From positions 471-64,470 of the forward strand of contig JALSNX010000004.1 of NCBI GenBank assembly GCA_026986775.1: a stretch of DNA of 64,000 nucleotides, read 5' to 3'. The notes under the pieces were generated by a model. The model did no database searches, was not told the DNA's origin, and was given only the letters and a program-made list of their open reading frames with translations. Each line of letters opens with the position of its first letter. The stretch's first letter is position 1. The DNA is from a candidate division WOR-3 bacterium (GTDB lineage: Bacteria; Hydrothermota; Hydrothermia; UBA1063; CAJXJZ01). Positions 17,246 to 26,465 of the stretch are shown here, one piece after another. The translations under genes were made by a program, and so were the position numbers.

Positions 17246-17990
17246 TTCTCTGACAGCCCGCTTTAATAGTATTGCGGATAGATTTTTCAAATTCGCCGAG
17301 TGCTCTGGCATAAGCCTTTCTTATATCGGTTTCCCGAAAAAGATTTGCAGCCAGAAGAGAGGCGATTGTGCACCCTGTCCCGTGTATATTCTCACTGTCC
17401 AGTTTTCTGTGAATGACCTCGGTTGAGTTACCATCTCTGGTTGCGATGAGGTCTATCACGTGTGTATCGGTAACTTTATATGTTTTAAGTAGTATATCAG
17501 TGTTGTGTGTGATTGCAGCCTCTTTTGGGGATATTCTTCCGAACAGTGAATGGAACTCCTCTAAATTGGGAATCAGAACTGCATCTGTCGTTTTTATAAA
17601 GTTCCTGTAATCTTCCGGAGAAAGCAGTGAAAGTTGGCCTTTTGTTGATGAAAAAAATATCGGGTCTACCACTATTTTTTCAGGCTTTATTTTCTTTGCA
17701 AGGGTCAGTATAGATTCAATCTGACGTCTGGAATGTATAAGACCGAGTTTAAAGATTTTAAACTTTATCCCTTCTTCCATTGCAAGGTTTATCTGCATAT
17801 CCACATCCACTGGAAAAACCCCATCCACTCTGCACGTATTTTCATAAACCATGGCAGTGATTATGCCAAAGGCGTAAACTCCGCTATTTCTGATAATATG
17901 AATATCCTGGAGTATTCCCGCACCACTGGAAGGGTCATAGCCTGCAAAAACCAGAATACCCTCTCTGTGCATGTTAGAATAATAAACCAC
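17235..17990 (-). CDS. thiD: hydroxymethylpyrimidine/phosphomethylpyrimidine kinase
   Basis: 251 aa. GYDPSSGAGILQD and C-terminal GTGCT.AS motifs. Confidence 0.85.
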   Translation of the reverse strand: MVYYSNMHREGILVFAGYDPSSGAGILQDIHIIRNSGVYAFGIITAMVYENTCRVDGVFPVDVDMQINLAMEEGIKFKIFKLGLIHSRRQIESILTLAKKIKPEKIVVDPIFFSSTKGQLSLLSPEDYRNFIKTTDAVLIPNLEEFHSLFGRISPKEAAITHNTDILLKTYKVTDTHVIDLIATRDGNSTEVIHRKLDSENIHGTGCTIASLLAANLFRETDIRKAYARALGEFEKSIRNTIKAGCQRIIL

Positions 17991-18044
17991 AGGAACAAAA
18001 CACCCAAAATGTGTGTCTAAAAGATTGTAAAAGGAGGTAGTAAA

Positions 18045-18512
18045 ATGCTTAACACACTAATAATGCTTGTGATGACGGTCATGGGACCCAGAGGTTCCAT
18101 GATGAAGCATGCAAAGATTATGTGGATGGAGATGGGTATAAATGCCCTTGTAGAAGATGCCGCATTGCAAAAGGACCTTGGACTCTCACAGGAGCAGATA
18201 TCAAAAATAAAGGACCTTAAATTCTCCACCGACAAGGAAGTTGTTAGACTCCGAAGTGACATGGAACTTAAAGAAATAGACTTGAGAGAAGAGCTTTCCA
18301 AAGACTCACCCGACATGAATCGTGTAAAGAACCTTATAAAAGCGAAGCACTCCATAATGGCTGAAATAGAGCTTGCAAAGGTGAAAGAATATATTGGTGT
18401 TAAAAATATTCTGACTCCTGAACAGATAGAGAAGTTCAAAACTGTGATGAGAAACAGGGCTAAAAGGAGCATGAAAAACAGAATGAGGGACAGAAGATTA
18501 AAAAATAGATAG
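18045..18512 (+). CDS. Spy/CpxP-family periplasmic (LTXXQ-motif) protein
   Basis: 155 aa. Strong RBS AAGGAGG. LSQEQ and LTPEQ motifs, helical and charged. Confidence 0.6.
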   Translation: MLNTLIMLVMTVMGPRGSMMKHAKIMWMEMGINALVEDAALQKDLGLSQEQISKIKDLKFSTDKEVVRLRSDMELKEIDLREELSKDSPDMNRVKNLIKAKHSIMAEIELAKVKEYIGVKNILTPEQIEKFKTVMRNRAKRSMKNRMRDRRLKNR

Positions 18513-18519
18513 GTTTTAT

Positions 18520-18537
18520 GGGGTGGTTTCCCACCCC
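18520..18537. terminator. bidirectional terminator between convergent genes
   Basis: GGGGTGG-TTTC-CCACCCC followed by ATTTTAAAATTT. Confidence 0.7.
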
Positions 18538-18540
18538 ATT

Positions 18541-19110
18541 TTAAAATTTATACAGATTTTCAGATAGTATTATTTTTTCAACCTCGTGGGGCACAAGGTG
18601 CTTTATGGAAAGTCCTCTCTTTAACCTCTCCCTTATTTCTGTGGACGAGATTTCTATAATTCTGCGGTTTACATACTGAACTCTCCCGGAAAAATCTGTT
18701 TTAATATCTTTTTCATGTCTTTTTAAAACCACCACGTTTGCTATTTCAAATATTTTTTCTGGCATGTACCATGAATGAAGTTTTAGAAACTGGTCTTCTC
18801 CCATTATAAAGTATAAACTATCTGTTCGCATTGATTTTGAAAGCTCCTTAAGAACTAGTGCCGTGTAGCTCTTTTCAAGTCCGAGGTCTCTCTCAATAGT
18901 ACAAACATCAAAGGAAGGTTCCATGGATAAGGCTGCCTTGAGCAGTTTAAGGCGCATTTCAAAAGAGAGAGAAACTTCCTTGTGTGGGGGAGTGTAAGAA
19001 AGGAGGAAGAGGATTCTGTCAAGATTTAAGTGTTCCAGAACATCTCTTGCTAAAATTAAATGGCCTATATGAACAGGGTCAAATCTACCTCCAAAAATAC
19101 CAACTTTCAA
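18541..19110 (-). CDS. nadD: nicotinate-nucleotide adenylyltransferase
   Basis: 189 aa. GIFGGRFDPVHIGH and ISSTEIR motifs. Confidence 0.9.
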   Translation of the reverse strand: MKVGIFGGRFDPVHIGHLILARDVLEHLNLDRILFLLSYTPPHKEVSLSFEMRLKLLKAALSMEPSFDVCTIERDLGLEKSYTALVLKELSKSMRTDSLYFIMGEDQFLKLHSWYMPEKIFEIANVVVLKRHEKDIKTDFSGRVQYVNRRIIEISSTEIRERLKRGLSIKHLVPHEVEKIILSENLYKF

Positions 19111-19111
19111 T

Positions 19112-19837
19112 TTATTGTTGAGCTACGAGTTTTTTATAATACTTTTTGAATTTTCCGGGAATAGAATCAGGGTTAATTCTCACAAGAACGTCGCTATAAT
19201 CCACCCCTTCTTCTTTTTTTATCAGAGCTTCAAAAAGGTATGAGAGATTTTCGCCTTCTGTTTCTGGATATTCCTTCCTCAGTAAGTTTATGTATAAAAG
19301 GGCAGAAGTGTATTTTTCCAGATTGTAATAGGTCTTTATAACATCAGCCATTTTAAGGCTTAACTTGTTCAGAATATCCTTTTTTAACTTTTCCATCTGT
19401 GGATAGAGGTGGGAGTCTGGATAGTCTGATGCAAAATCAGAGATAACATGCAATGCCTTTTTTAAATCAGCCTGGTCTCTTTCTATACGGGGAGAATTAA
19501 GATAATAAGAAAGAGCAAGATAATAGTAAGCTTTTTCCCGATATCTGCTCTGACTGTAATTATTTATAAGAAATTCAAACTCAAGAATGGCATCTTCATA
19601 ATCTTTGAGATTGAAATAACTCATGGCAAGGTAGTACTCAGCCTCGTCACCACGAGAGGTATAGATGTAGGAAGATACCTGCTCCTTCAGTATATCAAGG
19701 ACTTTCTGGTATTTTTTATTGTGGTAATAGTCAATGGCTTTATCAAGTGGGTCTTTACGTATTTCCCTTTTAGTTCCTCCCACACAGCCCGCCAGAAATA
19801 TAATCAGCAACAACCCTAAAGAGAATAACTTTCTCAT
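19112..19837 (-). CDS. bamD: BamD/YfiO-like TPR lipoprotein
   Basis: 241 aa. Lipobox LAGC, TPR-like repeats with the A.Y.LA.SY pattern. Confidence 0.65.
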   Translation of the reverse strand: MRKLFSLGLLLIIFLAGCVGGTKREIRKDPLDKAIDYYHNKKYQKVLDILKEQVSSYIYTSRGDEAEYYLAMSYFNLKDYEDAILEFEFLINNYSQSRYREKAYYYLALSYYLNSPRIERDQADLKKALHVISDFASDYPDSHLYPQMEKLKKDILNKLSLKMADVIKTYYNLEKYTSALLYINLLRKEYPETEGENLSYLFEALIKKEEGVDYSDVLVRINPDSIPGKFKKYYKKLVAQQ

Positions 19838-19875
19838 GTTTATTATTATACCTCAAGAACAAAGCATTACAAAAC

Positions 19876-21972
19876 TCATGAAGGTTCCTGCCGGGGTGTT
19901 ATGAGAATTATTTTACCGTCCACAGTCACTATGTAAATTTTGCCTCTATAAACAAAGGGTGGTTTTGAAACAACTCCACTCTGTATCTTTCTCTTCCACA
20001 GTGTTTCGGCTATGTTCCCGGTGGTATAGAGATTGAGTGCCACCAGATTTTCTGTGTTGGCCACAAGCACAACGCTGTCAGAAATTGAAATACCAAGAAC
20101 ATTGGGCGCACCCGTATTGTAGAGCCAGAGGAGAGTGGTATCAAGGGTGGAGTAGGCATAGCATGTGCCGCCGAAGTCTCCAACTATAACGGCTCCCTTG
20201 TCAGCAGCCGGTGCTGTTCTTATGGGTGAGTTTACATTGATTTTGTAAAAAACTTTCAGGGAATCCATTGTTATTGCGTAGAGATTACCCTTCAGTGTAC
20301 CAATGAAAAGTTTGCCTTTGTATGCCACAGGTGACGCTTCACAGGGCTCGTTTAAGTCTATCTGTAGTTCTCTTGTGCCTCTTTCCCTGTTGAACTTGTA
20401 AAGAGTGCCTGTCATATCAAGAACGTATAGGTATTTCCCAGAGATTACAGGTGTTGCTCTTCCTCCATTTTCAAGTTTCACGTTCCATAAAACGGAGTCC
20501 TTTTCCACGTCATAGGAATAAAGGTTACCGCTTTCTGTGAATATGTAAACAATCCCGTCCATGCTTACTGGCTGGGCAGTGATAGCTCCTTCTACTTTTA
20601 ATCTCTCCTTTAGCTTCAGGTTATGTGAATTAAGGACAAATAAATTACCCTCAAGGTCTCCGATTATGATGTAAGGCCCTATATAAAGGGGATCACAATC
20701 TACAAATGAATTTATAGAGTCCATGAGTGCAATAGAGTCCAGCAATTCTGTGGAAGAATAGATATTGCCTTTTTCATCAACAAGTATAAGTCTATCATCC
20801 ACTCCCAGAGGGAGCATAAGGCGTTGTCCCAGTGATTTCACAGTTTTTATCGTATATTCATAGGGAAGGAGATTGGATGTATCCGCAAGGTGCACTGGAT
20901 TTAAAAGATACATGGGATATAACCTGAATGACGGCTCATTTTGAACACTGCCAGAATTCAAAGAGCCACCAGGTAGAAAACGGTTTTTCATAAGATAGCC
21001 GATTAACAGAATAATAAGGATGGCAAAGGTAACATAGCTTACTTTAAATCTTTTCTTTCTCGGAGGATACTTTGGTTCAATTCTCTCCTGTTTTTCTTCT
21101 GTCTCTTCCTTTTCTTCTTCTATTATACTTTCAAGTTGTGATGGAGAATTTGCTCTCATTATTTTCATAAGCTTGAATATATGCTGGTCAAGGGTTTTTA
21201 TCTGTTTTATGTGGCGTTCTATGGTTTCCCGCCCTTCCTTTTCATCTATCTCTCCGACTTTTATTCTCACTTCCACTTCCTCAATGCCATTTTCAAGATG
21301 TTCTTTTTCAACCTTAATCTCGGCTATATAGAGCTCAATTTCACGCCGTATGCTCTCAATCTGGTCAATTATCTCCTCTAATTTAAAAAGATATTCTCGC
21401 TTCAGGTTCTCGTATTCTTTTTTATTAACCTCACCCTGCTTGTAGAGTTCTTCCAGCTTTTTCAGACTGTTATCCTGCTTTTCTTTTTCTTCAAGGAGTT
21501 GTTTAAAGCTTTTCAGTCTCTTTAACTGTTTTTCATCTTTTTTATGAATTTTTCTTTCAAGTCTTGCCTGAAATTCACTGTATGAACCTGATACAACTGC
21601 GGCCTCATAAAGATGTAGTTTTTTCTCAAGGCTATCTATTTTTCTTTGTAATCTTGCCATCTGGTTTTTGGCCTTTTCTTCGGATATTTCCCCTATGAGC
21701 GCTCGTATTTCAGTTTTTCTTATTTGCTCGTCAAGTTTTTCCTTTTCCCGCCTGAGCTTTGAAAGTTCTTCCTTTAATTCCTTTTTTAGAGAGTTAAGTG
21801 CTTCCTCAATATCCTCTAACTTTCGCATGTAATCTGCCTTCAATTCTTCATGCTGTCTTAATGTAATTTCACCTTTTTCTTTTAAAAGGTCAAGGTTCTT
21901 AAGACTCTTGGTATACTTTTCCTTCTCTTTCAGGAGTTCCTGAATTCTGTGAAAGGTGTTTGAATGATTCAT
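19876..21972 (-). CDS. bitopic protein: duplicated cytoplasmic coiled-coil module, one TM helix, PQQ/BamB-like beta-propeller
   Basis: 698 aa. aa 9-125 and 155-270 align ungapped. TM VSYVTFAILIILLIGYLM at about aa 311-328. C-terminal repeats with the G.LY.... pattern (GNLYSYD, GTLYKFN, GNLYAIT) typical of PQQ-like propellers. Confidence 0.6.
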   Translation of the reverse strand: MNHSNTFHRIQELLKEKEKYTKSLKNLDLLKEKGEITLRQHEELKADYMRKLEDIEEALNSLKKELKEELSKLRREKEKLDEQIRKTEIRALIGEISEEKAKNQMARLQRKIDSLEKKLHLYEAAVVSGSYSEFQARLERKIHKKDEKQLKRLKSFKQLLEEKEKQDNSLKKLEELYKQGEVNKKEYENLKREYLFKLEEIIDQIESIRREIELYIAEIKVEKEHLENGIEEVEVRIKVGEIDEKEGRETIERHIKQIKTLDQHIFKLMKIMRANSPSQLESIIEEEKEETEEKQERIEPKYPPRKKRFKVSYVTFAILIILLIGYLMKNRFLPGGSLNSGSVQNEPSFRLYPMYLLNPVHLADTSNLLPYEYTIKTVKSLGQRLMLPLGVDDRLILVDEKGNIYSSTELLDSIALMDSINSFVDCDPLYIGPYIIIGDLEGNLFVLNSHNLKLKERLKVEGAITAQPVSMDGIVYIFTESGNLYSYDVEKDSVLWNVKLENGGRATPVISGKYLYVLDMTGTLYKFNRERGTRELQIDLNEPCEASPVAYKGKLFIGTLKGNLYAITMDSLKVFYKINVNSPIRTAPAADKGAVIVGDFGGTCYAYSTLDTTLLWLYNTGAPNVLGISISDSVVLVANTENLVALNLYTTGNIAETLWKRKIQSGVVSKPPFVYRGKIYIVTVDGKIILITPRQEPS

Positions 21973-22016
21973 ATCTTCATTATAAGTAAATCTTCACAAA
22001 AAGTCAAGTTTATTGA

Positions 22017-22844
22017 TTAAAAAGTATCTGTTTTTCTTTCTTCTATTTTCAAAGTTCGCCTTGAAAACATTAGTTTGAAAGTTGCTGAAGGGCCATTTCT
22101 GTTCTTAGCAAGCTGAACGATAAGCTCCTCTATGTCTCCCACATACTGGTCCATAGAGTAGGCATATGGACGGTGGAGTATGAACACCATATCGGACAAT
22201 TCCTCCTCACCTCCTATGTCAGTGAGTGTTGGGGTTTTCCCCTGTGGTATGTTCCTGCTTCTTATCTGTGTTGATACGATAATAGCAAGATCATTCTGGC
22301 GAGCAAAATTCTTCAAAAACATTGTATTTTCTATATCTCTCTCTTCTGCATTTTCCTGCGATGAATACTGAACAAATTGAAGACTGTCTATGAAAATTGC
22401 CTTTACCTTTGTACTGTTCAATTCCTGCATCTCATTTTTCAATATTTTCCCTGTAAATATAAACTGTTCGCTTATATATAGCGGAAGGCTTGCAAGATAA
22501 TTTTTAGCTTCTTCTATGCTATCTTTCTGATTGTCAGGTATTTCGTCTTTTTCTAACAGGAAAGGGTCAATACCTGCAAGTATGCCAAGGAGTTTTTCTG
22601 AAATCTTTCTTGCAGTGGTCTCGTAAGTTATAAAGAGTACAGGTGTTTTTGACTTTGCCATGTTAAGAGCCAGATTAAGCAGCATGGCTGTTTTTCCTAC
22701 ACCAGGCGTTGAAGCAAAGAGTACAAGTTCACGTCTGCGCATACCAAGAATCATGTTGTCTATTGTGGTATATCCCGTTTTTATTGTTTCAATTTGCTTA
22801 TTTTCCTCCTCTAACAGGTCTTTAATATGTTTTATAACCTCCAT
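22017..22844 (-). CDS. stand-alone DnaB C-terminal-domain (RecA-fold) ATPase
   Basis: 275 aa. TGYTTIDNMILGM..LVLFASTPGVGKT (Walker A), AIFIDSLQ (Walker B), STQIRSR, LAKNRNGP. Lacks the ~170-aa DnaB N-terminal domain. Confidence 0.7.
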   Translation of the reverse strand: MEVIKHIKDLLEEENKQIETIKTGYTTIDNMILGMRRRELVLFASTPGVGKTAMLLNLALNMAKSKTPVLFITYETTARKISEKLLGILAGIDPFLLEKDEIPDNQKDSIEEAKNYLASLPLYISEQFIFTGKILKNEMQELNSTKVKAIFIDSLQFVQYSSQENAEERDIENTMFLKNFARQNDLAIIVSTQIRSRNIPQGKTPTLTDIGGEEELSDMVFILHRPYAYSMDQYVGDIEELIVQLAKNRNGPSATFKLMFSRRTLKIEERKTDTF

Positions 22845-22943
22845 TTTCCCCTCCTCTTAATCGTATGTATTTTAAATTTCCAGACAAGACCTGTCAAGGA
22901 TAAAAACTTGATGGGATTGCCTACAGGTAATATAATTATTAAC

Positions 22944-23939
22944 ATGGACAGGAATGCTTTTTTTGAACAGATTAAGGATAAATTGCTAAAAGTTGCCGCA
23001 AATCCTCTTATAAAGGAAAAGAGAGAACTGGATACCAGACAGATTTCCTTTGAGGATATGTGGGAGACACTGGGTAAGGAAAAGTTTACAGGATATTTAA
23101 TGGCAGGTACGCATGAATATAAGTGGCACACCTTTGTAATAGATGGACATGTAAGATTCAGTGCCTTTCTGGGTAAAGGGATAGTGCTTCGCGGCAAGGA
23201 GGCACTTTTATCCATGAAAAGTAAGTGGAATAACCCTCCTGTTACTGTAACGGCATTGAAGCTTTCTCCTGAAGCCCTTATGGCGTATTATGGTATGTTC
23301 AGTGGGCTTAAAGTATTTGATGGAATTAATCCCGAAACAATAGGAATAGACAGGGTTTTTCAGAAACTTGAAGAAGAGAAATTTACTGGTACTGCGATTT
23401 TTAATTCAAAAGATAATAAGATAGTATTTCTGTGGCACACCGGTAATATTTTACACATATTTCCCATGAGAAACATATCCCTTTCCGTTGATGAGGAGAC
23501 ACTGAAAGAAGTTATTGTTTCACCCTTTTTAAGCATTACAGCTATAAAGTCTCATAGCATGTCACTCAATCTGCCCTATGACAAGTTGCTTTATACAAGG
23601 AGGGCGGCTGAAATAAATGCATTACTTAAATGTTTTCAGGATAGGCTGGCTGATGTTATAGGAAATAGGCTCATAACACTGATCGCAAATGATACAAAAG
23701 AAAAACTTATACAAAGGCATCCCTTTTATGCGGACCTTTTGCAGATTAAGGATGGAAGGATTTTTATGGAGCCAAAGGTGATGGACAAAGGAGTATCAAG
23801 TGATTTTGATGATGTCATAAAGGAAATCCTTGAAGTTTATGTGGCCAGGGCAAATGAGGATGCAGGGGGGTATCTCGTGAAAAGGTTTTTCAAAGAGTGT
23901 AAGGAAAAAGGAGCAAGAAAAGGTGAAGAAAGTAATTAA
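22944..23939 (+). CDS. hypothetical protein with two DUF4388-like segments
   Basis: Start moved to M40 to avoid a divergent overlap (weak RBS, so uncertain). EKFTGYLMAG...VIDGHV and EKFTGTAIFNSKDNKIVFLWHTGNIL resemble DUF4388 repeats. Confidence 0.35.
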   Translation: MDRNAFFEQIKDKLLKVAANPLIKEKRELDTRQISFEDMWETLGKEKFTGYLMAGTHEYKWHTFVIDGHVRFSAFLGKGIVLRGKEALLSMKSKWNNPPVTVTALKLSPEALMAYYGMFSGLKVFDGINPETIGIDRVFQKLEEEKFTGTAIFNSKDNKIVFLWHTGNILHIFPMRNISLSVDEETLKEVIVSPFLSITAIKSHSMSLNLPYDKLLYTRRAAEINALLKCFQDRLADVIGNRLITLIANDTKEKLIQRHPFYADLLQIKDGRIFMEPKVMDKGVSSDFDDVIKEILEVYVARANEDAGGYLVKRFFKECKEKGARKGEESN

Positions 23940-24684
23940 ATTTACCTTCATTATCGGAGTGATATTTGTTGTAGCCAGTTTAATAACGGTTTTTTTTAGC
24001 AGGAGAGTCTGGGTACTTACAACAGACATAGCTCTCATATTTATGGGAGTTGTTACTGCCATTATGGGACTTCTGTTCTGGCATAGCAAGGATACGCCAA
24101 CATCACATCATCTTCCATGGATAGGTATAGGAGCAGGAATGTTGCTTTTTTCAATAGGAACTCTTTTCAGGATAAATATGGCCGGTTCACAGGGAGCTTC
24201 TACAAAAATATTCGCAACCACTGATTATTTTATCATAGCTGCTTACGCTTTTCTTACTGCAGGATACTACTTTTTTATGTCTCGAGCTGGAAACATAATA
24301 GATGAGATGGACAAGCTTAAAATAATCTGGGGTGCCGGCATATTCCTCATACTTGTTTTTGACCTGTATATTGCCATAAAGGCTACTGAAATCTTTGGTA
24401 AGACTACAGCTGGTCTTCTTGTTAATATCTACTATGTGTCGCTTGACCTTATAATGGTGCTTATTGGAATTACATACTTTTTTGCATTTTATGATGGTAA
24501 GATTTCCAGATTCTTTAAATTGGTTTTTGCTGGAATTTTTATCTGGGCTATTTCAGATATAGTTTTTGTCCTCAGAGGTTCTTATACTGAGAGTGTTTCT
24601 TTTATTCTTGTATGGTTTAAAATTATTTCTGTGTACATGCTTGTTTTTGCTCAAAAAATCTATGCAGAACTCTTTACGGCTTAG
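23923..24684 (+). CDS. polytopic inner-membrane protein, unknown function
   Basis: 253 aa, about 7 hydrophobic helices. No motif recognised. Confidence 0.5.
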   Translation: MKKVIKFTFIIGVIFVVASLITVFFSRRVWVLTTDIALIFMGVVTAIMGLLFWHSKDTPTSHHLPWIGIGAGMLLFSIGTLFRINMAGSQGASTKIFATTDYFIIAAYAFLTAGYYFFMSRAGNIIDEMDKLKIIWGAGIFLILVFDLYIAIKATEIFGKTTAGLLVNIYYVSLDLIMVLIGITYFFAFYDGKISRFFKLVFAGIFIWAISDIVFVLRGSYTESVSFILVWFKIISVYMLVFAQKIYAELFTA

Positions 24685-25150
24685 TGTTATTGCTGTTTTA
24701 CTGTCTGTTTCATGTGTTTACACATTCTCGGGTGGTTTCCCTTCAAAATACAGGAGTGTCTATATAGCCCCTTTTGAAAACAGTACCAGCCGGCAGGATA
24801 TTACTCTTGAAGTTCAAAATTACTTTATAGAAGAGATACAGAAGGATGGCAGACTCAATGTTGTTTCAAAAAACAGAGCAAAAATGGAAATCATTCCCGT
24901 ACTCATGGATTTCAATAAACGCGCCTCTGAATTTACAGAAACCGGAGAGGTTACTGTTTACACCATAAGTATGAAGGCAAAAATCCTTACAGAGACACTA
25001 AAGGACTCTCTTTTATATCTGCAGGATTCTATTTTTTACGGAAGGGGAGTATATAGTGTGCTTTCAGAAGATGAAAACACCGGTATTAAAAGGGCTGTTA
25101 CAGACCTTGTAAATAACTTCCTCAATAGACTGTTTGAGGCAAAGATTTAG
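24662..25150 (+). CDS. lptE: LptE-like LPS-assembly lipoprotein
   Basis: Start set at MQNSLRLSVIAVLLSVSC (lipobox). YTFSGG....SVYIAPFEN.T pattern typical of LptE. Confidence 0.55.
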   Translation: MQNSLRLSVIAVLLSVSCVYTFSGGFPSKYRSVYIAPFENSTSRQDITLEVQNYFIEEIQKDGRLNVVSKNRAKMEIIPVLMDFNKRASEFTETGEVTVYTISMKAKILTETLKDSLLYLQDSIFYGRGVYSVLSEDENTGIKRAVTDLVNNFLNRLFEAKI

Positions 25151-25152
25151 GC

Positions 25153-26427
25153 TTAACCTGCCTTGAAGTCGGATAGCGGTATTAGTGATATTTTCAGCCT
25201 CTGTAGCATATCTTCTGCCTTTGTATCGCTCTCTTCCAGATGGGCAATAGAGACTGCAAAGTCCACCTTTTTCACAGGTGCAAAAGATGTATTCATAAGG
25301 GCGTCCTTTACCCTTAAAACCGCAATCTCTGAACCACCGTTGTGCGTAAATGGCAGGATAAACAGGAAGGAGTCTTCAGTGTATTTACCCACAACATCTG
25401 ATTTACGCAGTGTTTTTAAAATCACGCTTGATATTTTCTGCATGGTGAGTTCGGTCATATTGGCACCGTAAATTCTTTTTATGTCCTGAAAGTTTGTTAT
25501 TTTCAGCAGCACAACTGAAAAAAGAAAATGATATCTCTTTGCCTGACTGAATATAAGTGATACAAATTCCTTCAGCATAATTTGTGAATAGGAGCGGGTT
25601 ATAAAATCCCTGTATGTGCTTTCTGAGAGTTCTTTTTTTAGTTTGCTTTTTTCATGGAATAGATTGAATATCAGAGCAAGAAGTTTCAACGTTGCAATAT
25701 CATCATCTTTCAGGTTTGAAGAGTCTCTGTAGGCAAGGATAAGCATTGCATCTATTTCACGATTATCGGATGAAAGTGGGATGAATATAAGCACAGAAAG
25801 CTCATTCCACTGCATAAGAATTGATACAGGGCTCAGGAATTCAGGTGCTCTTGACATCTCATATATGTAAACAGTGCCAGATGTATAGTCATCCTCCTTC
25901 TCAAATTTGACCGCTAATTTTTTGGGAATCTTCTCTCCAAGGCCATAGTAAGCTACAGGTTTAAAGAGCTCGGTCTGGGGGTCTTTTGTTAGAAATAAAG
26001 CGCCTTCAGCCTGAGTTTTGCCGGATATTACTTTAAGATTGTTTGAAACAAATCTGGGAAAATTCTCTATTCTGTAAGAGTTTCTCAAAAGAGTTTCTAT
26101 AAGTTCAGTTTTTGGATTTGCATGTTTGATTTCTACAATTTCCCTGTATACAAAAATACGGAATACAATACCTTCAACCTCGTAGTTTCTGGTACTCACC
26201 TGATATTTTCTTTTTTTAAGCGAGACCGCCCGCGAGCCACCTGGTCTGAGTTCCTTATTGCCTATCAGAGGATAGATAGCAGTACCTATAAGAGCGTCTC
26301 TCTTTATCTCCAGTTCATCAAGGAGGGCATCGGATACTTCTAAAATCATACCATTTTCATCAGTGATAACAAGTGGCAGTGGATTTTCCCTGAATGCAAA
26401 TTTGAATATATCTTTCGAAAGTGGCAT
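25153..26427 (-). CDS. PAS - GAF-like - degenerate GGDEF signalling protein
   Basis: 424 aa. N-terminal PAS-like region (PLVITDENGMILEV). C-terminal GGDEF fold with the active-site position reading TEDSF instead of GG[DE]EF. Confidence 0.6.
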   Translation of the reverse strand: MPLSKDIFKFAFRENPLPLVITDENGMILEVSDALLDELEIKRDALIGTAIYPLIGNKELRPGGSRAVSLKKRKYQVSTRNYEVEGIVFRIFVYREIVEIKHANPKTELIETLLRNSYRIENFPRFVSNNLKVISGKTQAEGALFLTKDPQTELFKPVAYYGLGEKIPKKLAVKFEKEDDYTSGTVYIYEMSRAPEFLSPVSILMQWNELSVLIFIPLSSDNREIDAMLILAYRDSSNLKDDDIATLKLLALIFNLFHEKSKLKKELSESTYRDFITRSYSQIMLKEFVSLIFSQAKRYHFLFSVVLLKITNFQDIKRIYGANMTELTMQKISSVILKTLRKSDVVGKYTEDSFLFILPFTHNGGSEIAVLRVKDALMNTSFAPVKKVDFAVSIAHLEESDTKAEDMLQRLKISLIPLSDFKAG

Positions 26428-26465
26428 ATTTACATTATAAAAGAGTTTTAGAGTACAGCCAATCT

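Noticed and set aside
17991-18044. TPP riboswitch upstream of thiD
   Set aside because: The intergenic region is only 54 nt and is shared with a divergent gene, leaving no room for a THI element and showing no CUGAGA core.
22827-22943. Upstream start (22827) for the DUF4388-like gene
   Set aside because: It would overlap the divergent DnaB-C-like gene start. The extension is hydrophobic junk without an RBS. The true start remains uncertain.
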